This document shows positions 28,700 through 38,693 of a DNA stretch of 61,010 nt, piece after piece. The notes under the pieces were generated by a model. It did no database searches. It saw only the letters and a program-made list of their open reading frames with translations, and was not told the origin of the DNA. Origin of the DNA: Actinomycetota bacterium (GTDB taxonomy: Bacteria > Actinomycetota > Geothermincolia > Geothermincolales > RBG-13-55-18); assembly GCA_015711955.1 (NCBI GenBank), contig JACVJK010000004.1, positions 1-61,010 on the forward strand, given 5' to 3'. How positions within the stretch are numbered: position 1 is the first letter of the stretch; every line of letters starts with the position of its first letter. The position numbers and the translations under genes were made by a program.

Positions 28700-28784
28700 G
28701 GGTTTCATCCTCTCTCGTTTGTCGCCGTCATGGTCAGGAAACCCGGTACGGATGAAGGATAATCTTTCGTGGAGGTAGATAGTC

Positions 28785-29669
28785 ATGGAAGAGACGGGAA
28801 CCCTGAGGGTCAAGGCCGGTTTGGCCGAGATGCTCAAGGGCGGAGTGATCATGGATGTCACCACTCCCGAGCAGGCGATGATAGCCGAAGAGGCAGGAGC
28901 GGTGGCGGTGATGGCTTTGGAGAGGGTGCCGGCTGATATCCGGGCTGCGGGAGGCGTGGCACGCATGGCCGATCCCGAGATTATAGAAGCAATTATGGAA
29001 AAAGTTTCCATTCCTGTCATGGCCAAGGTGCGGATCGGCCACTTCGTAGAAGCCCAGATCCTGGAAGCCATAGGGGTGGATTATATAGACGAGAGCGAGG
29101 TCTTGACCCCGGCTGACGAGAGAAATCACATCAATAAGTGGGATTTCAAAGTACCCTTTGTATGCGGCGCCATCAACTTGGGAGAAGCCCTGCGACGGAT
29201 AGCCGAAGGTGCGGCCATGATCAGGACTAAAGGGGAAGCGGGCACCGGAAACGTGGTAGAGGCCGTCCGGCATATGCGCACCATACAGGGGGAGATAAAG
29301 AGGCTCACCGTGATGGAGGAAGAGGAGCTCATGGCGGCCGCCAAAGAGATGGGAGCACCTTATGAGTTGGTGCGCTGGGTGGCCGAGCACGGTAAGCTGC
29401 CGGTGGTCAATTTCTCTGCCGGGGGCATCGCCACGCCGGCCGATGCGGCTCTCATGATGCAGTTGGGGGCCGATGGTATCTTTGTGGGCTCGGGGATCTT
29501 CAAGTCGGAGGATCCTGTGGCCAGAGCCCGGGCTATCGTCAGGGCCACCACCCATTACGACGATCCCAAGATTCTTGCTGAGGTCTCCCGGGGTTTGGGG
29601 AGGGCCATGGCAGGACGGGACATTGCCGAGATAGGTAGAGAGAACCTCATACAATTCAGGGGTTGGTGA
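28785..29669 (+). CDS. pdxS: Pyridoxal 5'-phosphate synthase, lyase subunit
   Basis: The sequence [37 protein letters not shown] is highly conserved. Confidence 0.97.
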   Translation: MEETGTLRVKAGLAEMLKGGVIMDVTTPEQAMIAEEAGAVAVMALERVPADIRAAGGVARMADPEIIEAIMEKVSIPVMAKVRIGHFVEAQILEAIGVDYIDESEVLTPADERNHINKWDFKVPFVCGAINLGEALRRIAEGAAMIRTKGEAGTGNVVEAVRHMRTIQGEIKRLTVMEEEELMAAAKEMGAPYELVRWVAEHGKLPVVNFSAGGIATPADAALMMQLGADGIFVGSGIFKSEDPVARARAIVRATTHYDDPKILAEVSRGLGRAMAGRDIAEIGRENLIQFRGW

Positions 29670-29781
29670 GGAATATAGCTTGTTTATGCCACCTATTGTC
29701 AACTGTAAAGCGAAGAGCTTCGAGAGAATGAAGATTGGGGACGCCGGAAAGGAAAGTCCAATCGCTTTGTAGGTGAAGTCC

Positions 29782-30483
29782 ATGGAACGGAGCAAAAAAC
29801 CGACGGTGGGAGTTCTGGCCCTGCAGGGGGCGGTTAGAGAGCATCTTCGCTCCCTGGCGGATTGTGGGGCTCGGGGGGTGGCGGTGAGGTATCCCTCCGA
29901 GCTCTCTTTATGCGACGGATTGATCATTCCTGGTGGCGAGAGCACCACCATCGGACGGCTCATGAGAGAATACGGTTTCATCGATGAGATCAAGCGCTTG
30001 GCCGGTGAAGGTATGCCCTTGTATGGCACTTGCGCTGGGCTCATACTCATGGCCAAGCGCCTTGTCGAGGGTGACCAACCCCTTCTCGGGCTCATGGACG
30101 TGACGGTGCGCCGGAACGCTTTCGGAAGACAGGTGGACAGCTTTGAAACCGATTTGCGGATCGAGGGAATCGAAGAGGAGGAACGCCCCTTTCGCTGCGT
30201 TTTCATCCGGGCCCCCTGGATCGAGGAAGTAGGATCCGAGGTAAGGGTGTTGGCAATCCATCGAGGAAAGGTGGTAGCGGCCTGTCAGAAAAACATGTTG
30301 GCCACCGCCTTTCATCCTGAGCTCACCCCTGATCTGCGGGTACATCGACTTTTTCTGGGGATGATCACCGAAGGAGAGCGGTTGTTGCCTTCAATGGAGA
30401 ACCCGTTGCTCGAGTCGGGAGAAAGAGATACGCGTAGTGTAAATGGCAGGGAAAAGGTGGAGGAACAGCGGGTGAAGAATTGA
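29782..30483 (+). CDS. pdxT: Pyridoxal 5'-phosphate synthase, glutaminase subunit, with a roughly 40-aa C-terminal extension
   Basis: Motifs VGVLALQGA, PGGESTT, GTCAGLILMA and FHPELT are present. Confidence 0.93.
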   Translation: MERSKKPTVGVLALQGAVREHLRSLADCGARGVAVRYPSELSLCDGLIIPGGESTTIGRLMREYGFIDEIKRLAGEGMPLYGTCAGLILMAKRLVEGDQPLLGLMDVTVRRNAFGRQVDSFETDLRIEGIEEEERPFRCVFIRAPWIEEVGSEVRVLAIHRGKVVAACQKNMLATAFHPELTPDLRVHRLFLGMITEGERLLPSMENPLLESGERDTRSVNGREKVEEQRVKN

Positions 30484-30501
30484 GGTATTGGGAGGTAGAA
30501 G

Positions 30502-31263
30502 ATGTCGGGTCATTCTAAATGGGCCAACATCAAACATCGTAAGGCGGCAGAGGACGCTAAAAAAGGGAGGCTTTTTAGCAAGCTCTCCCGCGCCATCATC
30601 GTAGCCGCACGGGAAGGTGGAGGAAACCCCGAAACCAACCTGGCACTGGCCCATGCCATCGAGAAGGCCAAGAGTTTCTCCATGCCCAAGGAGAACATTG
30701 AAAGGGCTATAAAGAGAGGCACGGGAGAACTCACCGGTAGCAGCTTCGAGAAGATCACCTACGAGGGTTATGCGGCCAATGGAGTGGCCATTATGGTGGA
30801 TGTTATGACCGACAACCGAAACCGGGCAGCAGCGGATATACGCCATATTTTCTCCCGGGCGGGCGGGAGGCTGGGAGATAGCGGATGCGTGAGCTGGATG
30901 TTCGAGAAGAAGGGCATCATCATCGTCAACAAGGATAGCGGTGCTGAAGAGGATCAGCTCTTGGAAGTGGCGCTGGAAGCGGGCGCAGAGGACATGAGGA
31001 GTGAGGACGATCACTGGGAGATCATCACTGATTCCGCCTCGTTCAAGGCCGTTCTGGACCGCCTAAAGGAGCAGGGCGTTGAGGTGGCTTCGGCGGAAGT
31101 GACCATGTTGCCCAAAGACACCGTTAAACTGGACAAGGAGGGGGCCCGCAAGGTGCTCAAGCTGATGGATGCCCTGGAGGAATATGACGACGTACAGGAG
31201 GTATACGCCAATTTCGATATCCCCGACGAGATCATGCAGGAGTTGGCGGAAGAGGGCATTTGA
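30502..31263 (+). CDS. yebC: YebC/PmpR-family DNA-binding regulator
   Basis: The N-terminus is MSGHSKWANIKHRKAAEDAKKG, and the gene sits immediately upstream of ruvC. Confidence 0.95.
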   Translation: MSGHSKWANIKHRKAAEDAKKGRLFSKLSRAIIVAAREGGGNPETNLALAHAIEKAKSFSMPKENIERAIKRGTGELTGSSFEKITYEGYAANGVAIMVDVMTDNRNRAAADIRHIFSRAGGRLGDSGCVSWMFEKKGIIIVNKDSGAEEDQLLEVALEAGAEDMRSEDDHWEIITDSASFKAVLDRLKEQGVEVASAEVTMLPKDTVKLDKEGARKVLKLMDALEEYDDVQEVYANFDIPDEIMQELAEEGI

Positions 31264-31264
31264 G

Positions 31265-31750
31265 ATGGTCGTCATGGGCGTGGATCCCGGCCTTTCCCGA
31301 ACCGGATACGGTGTCCTAGAGGCTGTGGGATCCTTGGTTAGGGCTCTGGACTTTGGACAGATTGAGACTCCAGCCAGAAAACCCCTGTCCGAGAGACTGG
31401 CTATCATTTACGAGAGAACAAAAGAACTCATTTGCGTGCATCATCCTGACTTGTTGGTGGTGGAGCAGATCTTCTTGGGTTCCAACGCCAAGAGTGCCAT
31501 GGCGGTGGGACAGAGCAGGGGAGCGGTGTTGCTGGCCGCGGCTCATTGCGGGGTGGCGGTGGAAGAGTACTCTCCCCTTCAAGTGAAGTACGCCTTAGTG
31601 GGATATGGTCGTGCGGAAAAGAGGCAGGTGTCATACATGGTGAGAACCCTTTTGGGTTTGGAGGAGGACATAAGGTCTTCTCATGCTGGAGATGCCTTGG
31701 CTTTGGCCATTTGCCATATCCACCATTCAGGATCCGGCCTTAGGAGATAA
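31265..31750 (+). CDS. ruvC: Crossover junction endodeoxyribonuclease RuvC
   Basis: Motifs VMGVDPGLSRTGYGV, VVEQIF and DALALAICH are present. ATG 31265 lies 2 nt after the yebC stop. Confidence 0.93.
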   Translation: MVVMGVDPGLSRTGYGVLEAVGSLVRALDFGQIETPARKPLSERLAIIYERTKELICVHHPDLLVVEQIFLGSNAKSAMAVGQSRGAVLLAAAHCGVAVEEYSPLQVKYALVGYGRAEKRQVSYMVRTLLGLEEDIRSSHAGDALALAICHIHHSGSGLRR

Positions 31751-31843
31751 CGGCCTCGTGCAGGAGTGATCCGGGATTCGCTGACAAGAGGGTCCAAAGA
31801 GGTTTAACTCCAGGAATTTAGTGGCAGGGGGAGGGAGGTCCCT

Positions 31844-32452
31844 TTGTTGGAGTTTCTGGAAGGCCAGGTGGAGGAAAAGAGGGCAGAGGGAGCGGTCATG
31901 TGGGTGGGGGGGTTGGGTTTTTTCGTTCATCTTTCCTCCCATTCCCTGCGCGTCCTTCCCCCTCGTGGAGGGAGAGCTCGGCTTTTAATACATCTTCAGA
32001 TGAGGGAGGACGGACCGGTTCTTTACGGGTTCACCTCCCCTCTGGAAAGGGAGATGTTCAGACGCTTGATTTCGGTAAGCGGGGTGGGGCCCAAGATGGC
32101 CATGGCTATCCTCTCGGCATACCGTCCTGAGCAATTATTGAGGATCGTGGTTATGGGAGACGCGCAATCCTTGACCGCGGTTTCCGGGGTGGGAAAGAAA
32201 TTCGCCCAGAGGATAGTCTTGGAGCTAAAAGACAAGGTGGCAGGCATTGGGCTGGAGGAAGAGGCCCCAGGAGGTGGGGTCATGGGGGTGTGGAAGGAAG
32301 TCGCCGAGGCCTTGAGGCAGCTGGGCTACACGCCTTCGGAGATAGCCAAGGCCATGGAGGGTATCCCGATCTCAACGGAAGGCGGGAAGGAGCACTCCCT
32401 GGAAGAGGTCTTGAAAATGGCCCTCAAAATCCTGGGCAAGGGCGTAAACTGA
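31844..32452 (+). CDS. ruvA: Holliday junction branch-migration complex subunit RuvA
   Basis: HhH motifs are present (LISVSGVGPKMAMAIL, LTAVSGVGKKFAQRIVLELK). The TTG start follows GGGGGAGGGAGG. Confidence 0.9.
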   Translation: MLEFLEGQVEEKRAEGAVMWVGGLGFFVHLSSHSLRVLPPRGGRARLLIHLQMREDGPVLYGFTSPLEREMFRRLISVSGVGPKMAMAILSAYRPEQLLRIVVMGDAQSLTAVSGVGKKFAQRIVLELKDKVAGIGLEEEAPGGGVMGVWKEVAEALRQLGYTPSEIAKAMEGIPISTEGGKEHSLEEVLKMALKILGKGVN

Positions 32453-32519
32453 TGACGGTAAGCCTTAAACCCGGGGATAATTGAGGACATCGCTCGACGG
32501 AGGAAAGGGATTAGCGCGT

Positions 32520-33548
32520 ATGGAAGGCGAGATGAGCGACGAGAGGTTGTTGGACCCAGCGGTGAGGGAGGAGGAAAGGGAGTTCGACCTCACCCTACGT
32601 CCTCGCCGTTTCGAGGAATTCATAGGTCAGGACAAGATTCGGGAACATTTGGAGATCTTCATACGGGCCGCTCGGGAACGAGGGGAGCCATTGGACCATG
32701 TGTTGCTATCAGGGCCTCCGGGCTTGGGAAAGACCACCTTGGCCTCCATTATCGCCCATGAGCTGGGAGTGTCCCTGAGGCAGACATCGGGACCGGCCCT
32801 GGAGAGGGCGGGTGATTTGGCCTCCATACTGACTAATTTGGAGCCGGGAGACGTGCTTTTCATCGACGAGATCCATCGACTGAACCGGGCGGTGGAGGAG
32901 GTCCTCTATCCTGCCATGGAGGATTACCAGCTGGACATAGTGATCGGCAAAGGGCCGGCTGCCCGATCTATAAGGTTGGACCTTCCCCCTTTCACCCTGG
33001 TGGGAGCCACCACCCGCAGCGGGCTTCTGACCTCACCGCTCAGGGACCGCTTTGGCGTGCATTGTCGGCTGGATTACTATCGTCCCGAGGAGTTGAAAGC
33101 CATTGTGATGCGGTCGGCCAGGATCTTGGGGGTGGATATGGAGGAGGAAGGAGCGGAGGAGCTTGCGCGTCGTTCTCGGGGAACGCCGCGTATCGCCAAT
33201 CGCCTACTGCGACGGGTGAGGGATTTCGCCCAGGTTAGAGCGGAGGGGAGAATCACTCGGGAGGTGGCGCGTGAGGCCCTTGCCCTCTTCGAGGTTGACG
33301 AGATGGGGCTGGATAAGGTGGACAAGATGATCCTCACCACCATAATAGAGAAGTTCGGAGGCGGTCCGGTGGGGGTTAACACCCTGGCGGTTTCGGTGGG
33401 CGAGGAGATTGATACCCTGGAAGAGGTGTACGAACCATATCTCCTTCAGATCGGATTCCTGCAAAGAACCCCCAGGGGGAGGGTGGCCACCGAGAGGGCT
33501 TTCTTGCATTTAGGATACGAGTCAAGAAGAGAAGGCACCCTATTTTGA
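32520..33548 (+). CDS. ruvB: Holliday junction branch-migration ATPase RuvB
   Basis: Motifs [30 protein letters not shown] and [16 protein letters not shown] are present. Confidence 0.95.
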   Translation: MEGEMSDERLLDPAVREEEREFDLTLRPRRFEEFIGQDKIREHLEIFIRAARERGEPLDHVLLSGPPGLGKTTLASIIAHELGVSLRQTSGPALERAGDLASILTNLEPGDVLFIDEIHRLNRAVEEVLYPAMEDYQLDIVIGKGPAARSIRLDLPPFTLVGATTRSGLLTSPLRDRFGVHCRLDYYRPEELKAIVMRSARILGVDMEEEGAEELARRSRGTPRIANRLLRRVRDFAQVRAEGRITREVAREALALFEVDEMGLDKVDKMILTTIIEKFGGGPVGVNTLAVSVGEEIDTLEEVYEPYLLQIGFLQRTPRGRVATERAFLHLGYESRREGTLF

Positions 33549-33590
33549 AGGCTGACATTCCGGACGGAGGAAGTTACAGGAAGTGATTAA

Positions 33591-34145
33591 ATGAGTGACG
33601 GGCTCATAGTTGACGCCTGTTGTGGGCCCTGTGCCATGGCCGCTCTGCGCATTTTGGCAGCGGAATTAGGGAGGTCGCTTTTTTTGTTTTCCAACTCCAA
33701 TGTCCATCCTTATTCCGAATATGCCCGGCGTCTTGAAGTATTCCGTAAGGTCATGGATTGGAGGGGAATGGCCTTTGAGGTCTTGCCCTATCGACCGGAG
33801 GAATGGATGAGGGCGGTGTCATTCCGAGAGGAAAGTCGTTGCGCCATATGTTACCGTTTGCGCCTCGAAAAAGTGGCAGATGAAGCAAAGGCCAGAGACG
33901 TGGAAACCTTCACCACCACGTTGCTTGCCAGCCCATACCAAGATCGTGATCTCATAATCCATTTAGGGGAGTCGTTGGCAAAAGAGCGAGGACTTTCCTT
34001 CTTGGCATGGGATGGTAGGGAGATATATCGAGACGTTTTAAGGGAAGCCCAGGAAAAGGGAATTTATACCCAACCCTATTGCGGCTGTCTTCTCAGCGAG
34101 AGGGAAAGGTACGATCCCTCATTTCGACGGAGGGTTTCAAGATGA
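33591..34145 (+). CDS. queH: Epoxyqueuosine reductase QueH (DUF208)
   Basis: The characteristic Cys pattern is CCGPCA near the N-terminus, CAICY and YCGC. The size is about 180 aa and the gene is adjacent to queA-tgt. Confidence 0.8.
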   Translation: MSDGLIVDACCGPCAMAALRILAAELGRSLFLFSNSNVHPYSEYARRLEVFRKVMDWRGMAFEVLPYRPEEWMRAVSFREESRCAICYRLRLEKVADEAKARDVETFTTTLLASPYQDRDLIIHLGESLAKERGLSFLAWDGREIYRDVLREAQEKGIYTQPYCGCLLSERERYDPSFRRRVSR

Positions 34146-34197
34146 GGGCGGGTACCTACCAACTATCAAGGAAGCTCTGACCCAAGGGGCGGTGACC

Positions 34198-35286
34198 ATG
34201 AGAAAGGAGCTGTTCAGATATTATTTGCCGCCTGAATTAATCGCCCAAGAACCATTGAAGGAAAGATCGAAGAGCAGGCTCCTGGTGGTGGATTGCGAAA
34301 AGGGGACCTGGGAGCACCGGCGATTCATGGACCTGATGGAATACCTCAGAGAAGGGGACGTCCTCGTTTTTAACCGCAGCAGGGTCAGGAAGGCGAGGCT
34401 CAAGGGAAAAAAGCGCGGAAGCGGAGGGAAGGTAGAGGTCCTACTCCTCGATGAGAAAGTGGAGGGTTTATGGGAGGCCCTGGCGCGCCCAGCCCGCCGC
34501 CTTCCGGAGGGAACGGTGTTGCAGTTGGGAAAGAGTGGCTGGGAAGCGGAGGTGGTAGCCAGGTTAGGCGAGGGGCGGGTACTTATCAGGTTCCCCCACA
34601 TGGATCGAAAGAGGGTGGAGGAGGTGTTGGAGGAAGAAGGCGAGATGCCCTTGCCCCCTTATATAAGGAAGGAATTGGAAGAACCCGATAGATATCAGAC
34701 GGTTTACGCCCGGGAAACCGGATCAGCGGCTGCGCCCACCGCCGGGCTCCACTTCGACCAGGATTTATTGGCGCGGATAAACTCGTTAGGGGTAAGGACG
34801 GCTTTTCTGCGCCTTGATGTGGGCTTGGATACTTTCAGGCCCATAGCGGAGGAAGAGGTCGAGCGCCATCAGATACACAAAGAATGGATCTCCGTGGAAG
34901 AGGACGTATGTCGTCAGGTGAACGAAGCCCGCAAGAGCGGGGGAAGGGTGATAGCTGTGGGGACCACGTCCGTCCGGGCGCTGGAGACCGCTGCCATCCG
35001 CTCGGGAGAGGAACTGGAGCCATATAGCGGCTTTACGGATCTTTACATATATCCGCCATACCAATTCCGGGTGGTAGACGGTATCATTACCAATTTCCAC
35101 CTACCAGAGTCCAGTCTATTGGTGATGATCTGCGCCTTTGCCGGAAGGAGTTTGGTCCTTTCCGCATACGAAGAGGCTGTGCGTAACAAATACCGCTTTC
35201 TTAGCTTTGGCGATGCCTCTTTCTTTGTTTTTCCCCATGGCTGGAGGATGCCCGAGGAATGGAGGGCCTTAAGTAGCGAAACATGA
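34198..35286 (+). CDS. queA: S-adenosylmethionine:tRNA ribosyltransferase-isomerase
   Basis: Motifs YYLPPELIAQEP, SRLLVV, AAPTAGLHF, VGTTSVRALE and FLSFGDA are present. Confidence 0.93.
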   Translation: MRKELFRYYLPPELIAQEPLKERSKSRLLVVDCEKGTWEHRRFMDLMEYLREGDVLVFNRSRVRKARLKGKKRGSGGKVEVLLLDEKVEGLWEALARPARRLPEGTVLQLGKSGWEAEVVARLGEGRVLIRFPHMDRKRVEEVLEEEGEMPLPPYIRKELEEPDRYQTVYARETGSAAAPTAGLHFDQDLLARINSLGVRTAFLRLDVGLDTFRPIAEEEVERHQIHKEWISVEEDVCRQVNEARKSGGRVIAVGTTSVRALETAAIRSGEELEPYSGFTDLYIYPPYQFRVVDGIITNFHLPESSLLVMICAFAGRSLVLSAYEEAVRNKYRFLSFGDASFFVFPHGWRMPEEWRALSSET

Positions 35287-35366
35287 AAGGAAAAGAAGCT
35301 CCGAACGCCTAGGGGATGCTTGACCTTCTAATCCAGCCATTCTCTTTTTTTGTTTTCCCTAGCCCT

Positions 35367-35395
35367 TTGGCCTTGCCCCTTTCCTCACTTATAAT
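35367..35395 (+). promoter_or_regulatory. Candidate promoter TTGGCC-N17-TATAAT, about 260 nt upstream of tgt
   Basis: A perfect -10 TATAAT lies at 35390-35395. A -35-like TTGGCC lies at 35367-35372 with 17-nt spacing. Confidence 0.35.
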
Positions 35396-35651
35396 TCTTA
35401 TGGCCATCCGATCGGCCTTTCGAGAGGATGGTATCCGAAAACCCCGAGATGGAATTACCGAGAACCAGGATGGTTAGAACGTCGTTTTGATGTCCTGAAT
35501 GGGACAAACTACAGCAAGGTGAGGGCGTTTTAAGGGCCAGCGCATTTTTGGGATCCCTTTTATTGCGCGAGAGCCGCAGAGGGGAGGATCACCCTTTTTG
35601 ATATGCCAGGATCTTCCAAAGAAGAATCTACGCGGAGGGCGATGGGTGCCT

Positions 35652-36782
35652 ATGTCAGTGAAGTTCACCATATTGCGTAAAGACCATCGGACCGGAGCTC
35701 GAATGGGAATACTCTCAACCCCAAGAGGGGAGGTGAGGACGCCGGCTTTCATACCTGTTGGGACCAGGGCAGCGGTGAAGGCCATGGCCCCGTGGGAGTT
35801 GGAGGAGATGGGATTTGAGATGATCCTCTCCAATCTTTACCACCTTTATTTAAGGCCGGGCCTGGACGCTATCAGAGAGGTAGGAGGAATTCACCGTTTC
35901 GCTGGCTGGGATCGTCCCATTCTCACGGATAGCGGGGGCTTTCAGGTGTTTTCCTTGTCTCGAATCCTCAGGGTGGAGGAGGAGGGCGTGAGGTTCAGGT
36001 CTGTGTACGACGGAAACGATGTTTTCCTGACCCCAGAGGAGGTGGTGAGAGCTCAGGAATTGCTGGGCAGCGACATTGCTGTGGTGCTCGATTATTGTGT
36101 GGGATATCCCGCAACCAAGGAAGAAACTGAGCGGGCAGCTAGGCTCACTGCCAAGTGGGCCCTCAGGTCCTTGGAGGTCCGCCGTTCGGAAAAACAAGCG
36201 CTTTTCGGCGTCGCTCAAGGTGGCACTTACCTCGATTTACGTAAGTTGAGCGCCGAGGAGCTGGCCCAATGTGACTTCGACGGATTCGGGATTGGCGGAC
36301 TTTCGGTGGGGGAACCCCGCGAGTTGATGGCGGAATGCGTGGAAGTTCAGACAGGAATCTTGCCCGAGGAAAAGCCCCGACACCTGATGGGAGTGGGAGA
36401 CCCCCTCGGATTAGTGATGGCGGTGGCCTTGGGCGTGGATCTCTTCGATTGCGTTCTCCCTACCCGCATGGCAAGGACGGGCGTGGCCTTTACCCGCGAG
36501 GGCAGGATAAACCTCCGCAACGCCCGGTTCGCCAAAGACCCCTCTCCCCTGGAAGAAGGCTGTCCCTGCCCAGCTTGCCGGCGCTTCACCCGCGCTTATC
36601 TGAGACACCTTCATAAGGTGGGAGAGATGTTGGCCCACAGGCTCCTTACTTGGCACAACTTGTTGTTCATGCAACGCCTCATGCTCGATTGCAGGGACGC
36701 GATAGCTGCTGGTAGAATGAACGAGTTGATCCACTTCTGGAGGGAATGGGAAGAAGCCGCAAGGCTGGGCGAGAAGGAGTGA
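35652..36782 (+). CDS. tgt: tRNA-guanine transglycosylase
   Basis: Motifs TPAFIPVGT, LTDSGGFQVFSL, GLSVGE and the Zn site CPCPACRRFTRAYLRHL are present. Confidence 0.95.
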   Translation: MSVKFTILRKDHRTGARMGILSTPRGEVRTPAFIPVGTRAAVKAMAPWELEEMGFEMILSNLYHLYLRPGLDAIREVGGIHRFAGWDRPILTDSGGFQVFSLSRILRVEEEGVRFRSVYDGNDVFLTPEEVVRAQELLGSDIAVVLDYCVGYPATKEETERAARLTAKWALRSLEVRRSEKQALFGVAQGGTYLDLRKLSAEELAQCDFDGFGIGGLSVGEPRELMAECVEVQTGILPEEKPRHLMGVGDPLGLVMAVALGVDLFDCVLPTRMARTGVAFTREGRINLRNARFAKDPSPLEEGCPCPACRRFTRAYLRHLHKVGEMLAHRLLTWHNLLFMQRLMLDCRDAIAAGRMNELIHFWREWEEAARLGEKE

Positions 36783-36809
36783 TTTAGTCATCAAAAAGGG
36801 CGGGTTGAG

Positions 36810-37115
36810 ATGGGCGAAAACGTGATGTCCGTTGTGCTGATCTTGGTGCTCCTGGCCATCTTCTATTTTCTTCTCATAAGGCCTCAACAGAAGAGGATGC
36901 GCCAGCAGATGGAGTTGATACGCAACCTTAAAGTGGGAGACGAGGTCATGACCTCCGCGGGCATATTCGGGACCGTCCATCAATTGGAGGAGGATACCGT
37001 CCTCCTGGAGGTGGCGGAGGACGTGGTGATTAGGGTGGCCAAGAACTCCGTGGTGAGGAACTTCACCTCCGAGGCCTCTCGAAAAGAGGATAGAGCGGAA
37101 GGGAAGGAAGAATAG
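36810..37115 (+). CDS. yajC: Preprotein translocase subunit YajC
   Basis: A single TM is followed by IRPQQKRMRQQ and GDEVMTSAGIFG. Confidence 0.9.
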   Translation: MGENVMSVVLILVLLAIFYFLLIRPQQKRMRQQMELIRNLKVGDEVMTSAGIFGTVHQLEEDTVLLEVAEDVVIRVAKNSVVRNFTSEASRKEDRAEGKEE

Positions 37116-37304
37116 GATAAAGGGGAATTCTATTAGGTCCCACGAGAGCTTTTGTAGATATCTCACCGGGTCACCCCGAGCCCTCCGAAATCCTGGTCCG
37201 GCCCATTATCCCGGCCATTCCCTCGAACAATCGTTTCGTGCCTCGGCGCGGGGATGGGCTAAAGGGTTCAGGGTCGCTCGAACAGTCACACGGGGGTGGG
37301 TGTT

Positions 37305-38693
37305 ATGAAGAGCGGCAGGTCAGTGATATGGCTGGCGTTTTTGGCAGTTCTTTTGTTGGCCATTTATGTGCCCATTGCGGTTATGGGCTGGACGCCTCGC
37401 CTTGGCTTGGACCTTCAGGGCGGAATCAGCGTGACCCTGAAGGCATTAGGGGACGCCAAATCAGAACAGATGGAAAAGGCGGCGGACATAATAAGGCGTC
37501 GCGTCAATGCTCTGGGGCTCACTGAGCCAGTAGTTGCCCCTCAGGGGAACAACCGTATACTGGTGCAGATCCCCGGAGAGCAGGATCCTGATCGGGTGCT
37601 TTCCATCATCGGGACCACCGCTCAACTACAGTTCCGGGAAGTGCTTGAGGTAATCCCTCCTACCGACGAAAAGTACGAGGCCACGCCCTTAACCGAGATT
37701 AACCCGGAGAAGCTCGAAGAATACCAAGCCTTAAAAGATCAAGAGGTTGTGCTTCCCTATCGGGGGAAGGATGGTCAGGAGATCAAGCTAAGGCTTGGGA
37801 AGACCGAGTTGACAGGGGACATCATCAAGGATGCCCAAGCTGCGGTGGACGAGCGGCACGGCGGATACAAGATAGTCTTCGAGCTCACCCCAGAGGCTAC
37901 CAAACAGTTTGCAGACCTAACCTCCAGGTTGGTGAACAGACAGCTGGCCATCGTTTTGGACTACAACGTCGAGTCCTACCCCACCGTAAATGAAGCCATC
38001 ACCGATGGTAGGGGGGAGATCACCGGGGACTTTACCCGGGATGAGGCCAGGGATCTGGCCATGGTGCTTCGCATGGGCGCTTTGCCCGTGGAATTCGAGC
38101 CCGATCCTTTGGTGGAGAACGTCAGTGCTACCTTAGGCAGGGACTCTCTGCGCCAAGGCCTGGTGGCCGGGCTAGTGGGACTTGGCCTAGTCCTCCTGTT
38201 CATGTTGGCGATGTACCGCCTTTTGGGGATCGTTACCGGTTTGGCGCTGGCCCTTTTCGGTTTGTTCATGTACGGGACTATAGTTTTGCTCGGGAGGGCA
38301 ATAGATTGGTCTCTGACCCTGTCCGCCATCGCCGGGGTCATAGTCTCGGTGGGCATCTCTGCCGATTCGAGCGTGGTCTTCTTCGAGAGGCTCAAGGAGG
38401 AAGTCCGGGGAGGAAAAAAGGTGAGGTCTTCTGTGGATCGGGCCTACCGCTCCGCTTTCAGGACCATAATTGCCGCCGACGCTGCCACCTTCATAGCAGC
38501 CTTGATCCTGTGGTTGTTGGCTATGGGGCCGGTCAGGGGTTTCGCCTTCACCCTTGGCCTTTCCACCATCTTCGACGTCTTCATATCCTACGGGTTCACC
38601 CGCAACGCAGTGAGTCTTCTTTCGCGGTTGGAGGCTTTCAACCGGCCCCGGAACGTGGGCGTGGGCAAGGAAATCCTGGGGAGTGAGGCCTGA
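37305..38693 (+). CDS. secD: Protein translocase subunit SecD
   Basis: LGLDLQGG lies after TM1, followed by a periplasmic domain and a C-terminal 5-TM bundle. The alternative start is GTG 37296. Confidence 0.92.
   Translation: MKSGRSVIWLAFLAVLLLAIYVPIAVMGWTPRLGLDLQGGISVTLKALGDAKSEQMEKAADIIRRRVNALGLTEPVVAPQGNNRILVQIPGEQDPDRVLSIIGTTAQLQFREVLEVIPPTDEKYEATPLTEINPEKLEEYQALKDQEVVLPYRGKDGQEIKLRLGKTELTGDIIKDAQAAVDERHGGYKIVFELTPEATKQFADLTSRLVNRQLAIVLDYNVESYPTVNEAITDGRGEITGDFTRDEARDLAMVLRMGALPVEFEPDPLVENVSATLGRDSLRQGLVAGLVGLGLVLLFMLAMYRLLGIVTGLALALFGLFMYGTIVLLGRAIDWSLTLSAIAGVIVSVGISADSSVVFFERLKEEVRGGKKVRSSVDRAYRSAFRTIIAADAATFIAALILWLLAMGPVRGFAFTLGLSTIFDVFISYGFTRNAVSLLSRLEAFNRPRNVGVGKEILGSEA

Noticed and set aside
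28734-30206. A 490-aa minus-strand ORF, the longest unexplained ORF in the track.
   Set aside because: It lies antisense to the highly conserved pdxS and pdxT genes. Its Pro/Arg/Ser/Gly-rich composition is typical of a shadow frame in GC-rich DNA, and it has no SD.
36411-37166. A 251-aa minus-strand ORF. The 213-aa minus-strand ORF at 38588-39229 falls in the same class.
   Set aside because: Both are antisense to tgt/yajC and secD/secF respectively, and are shadow frames.
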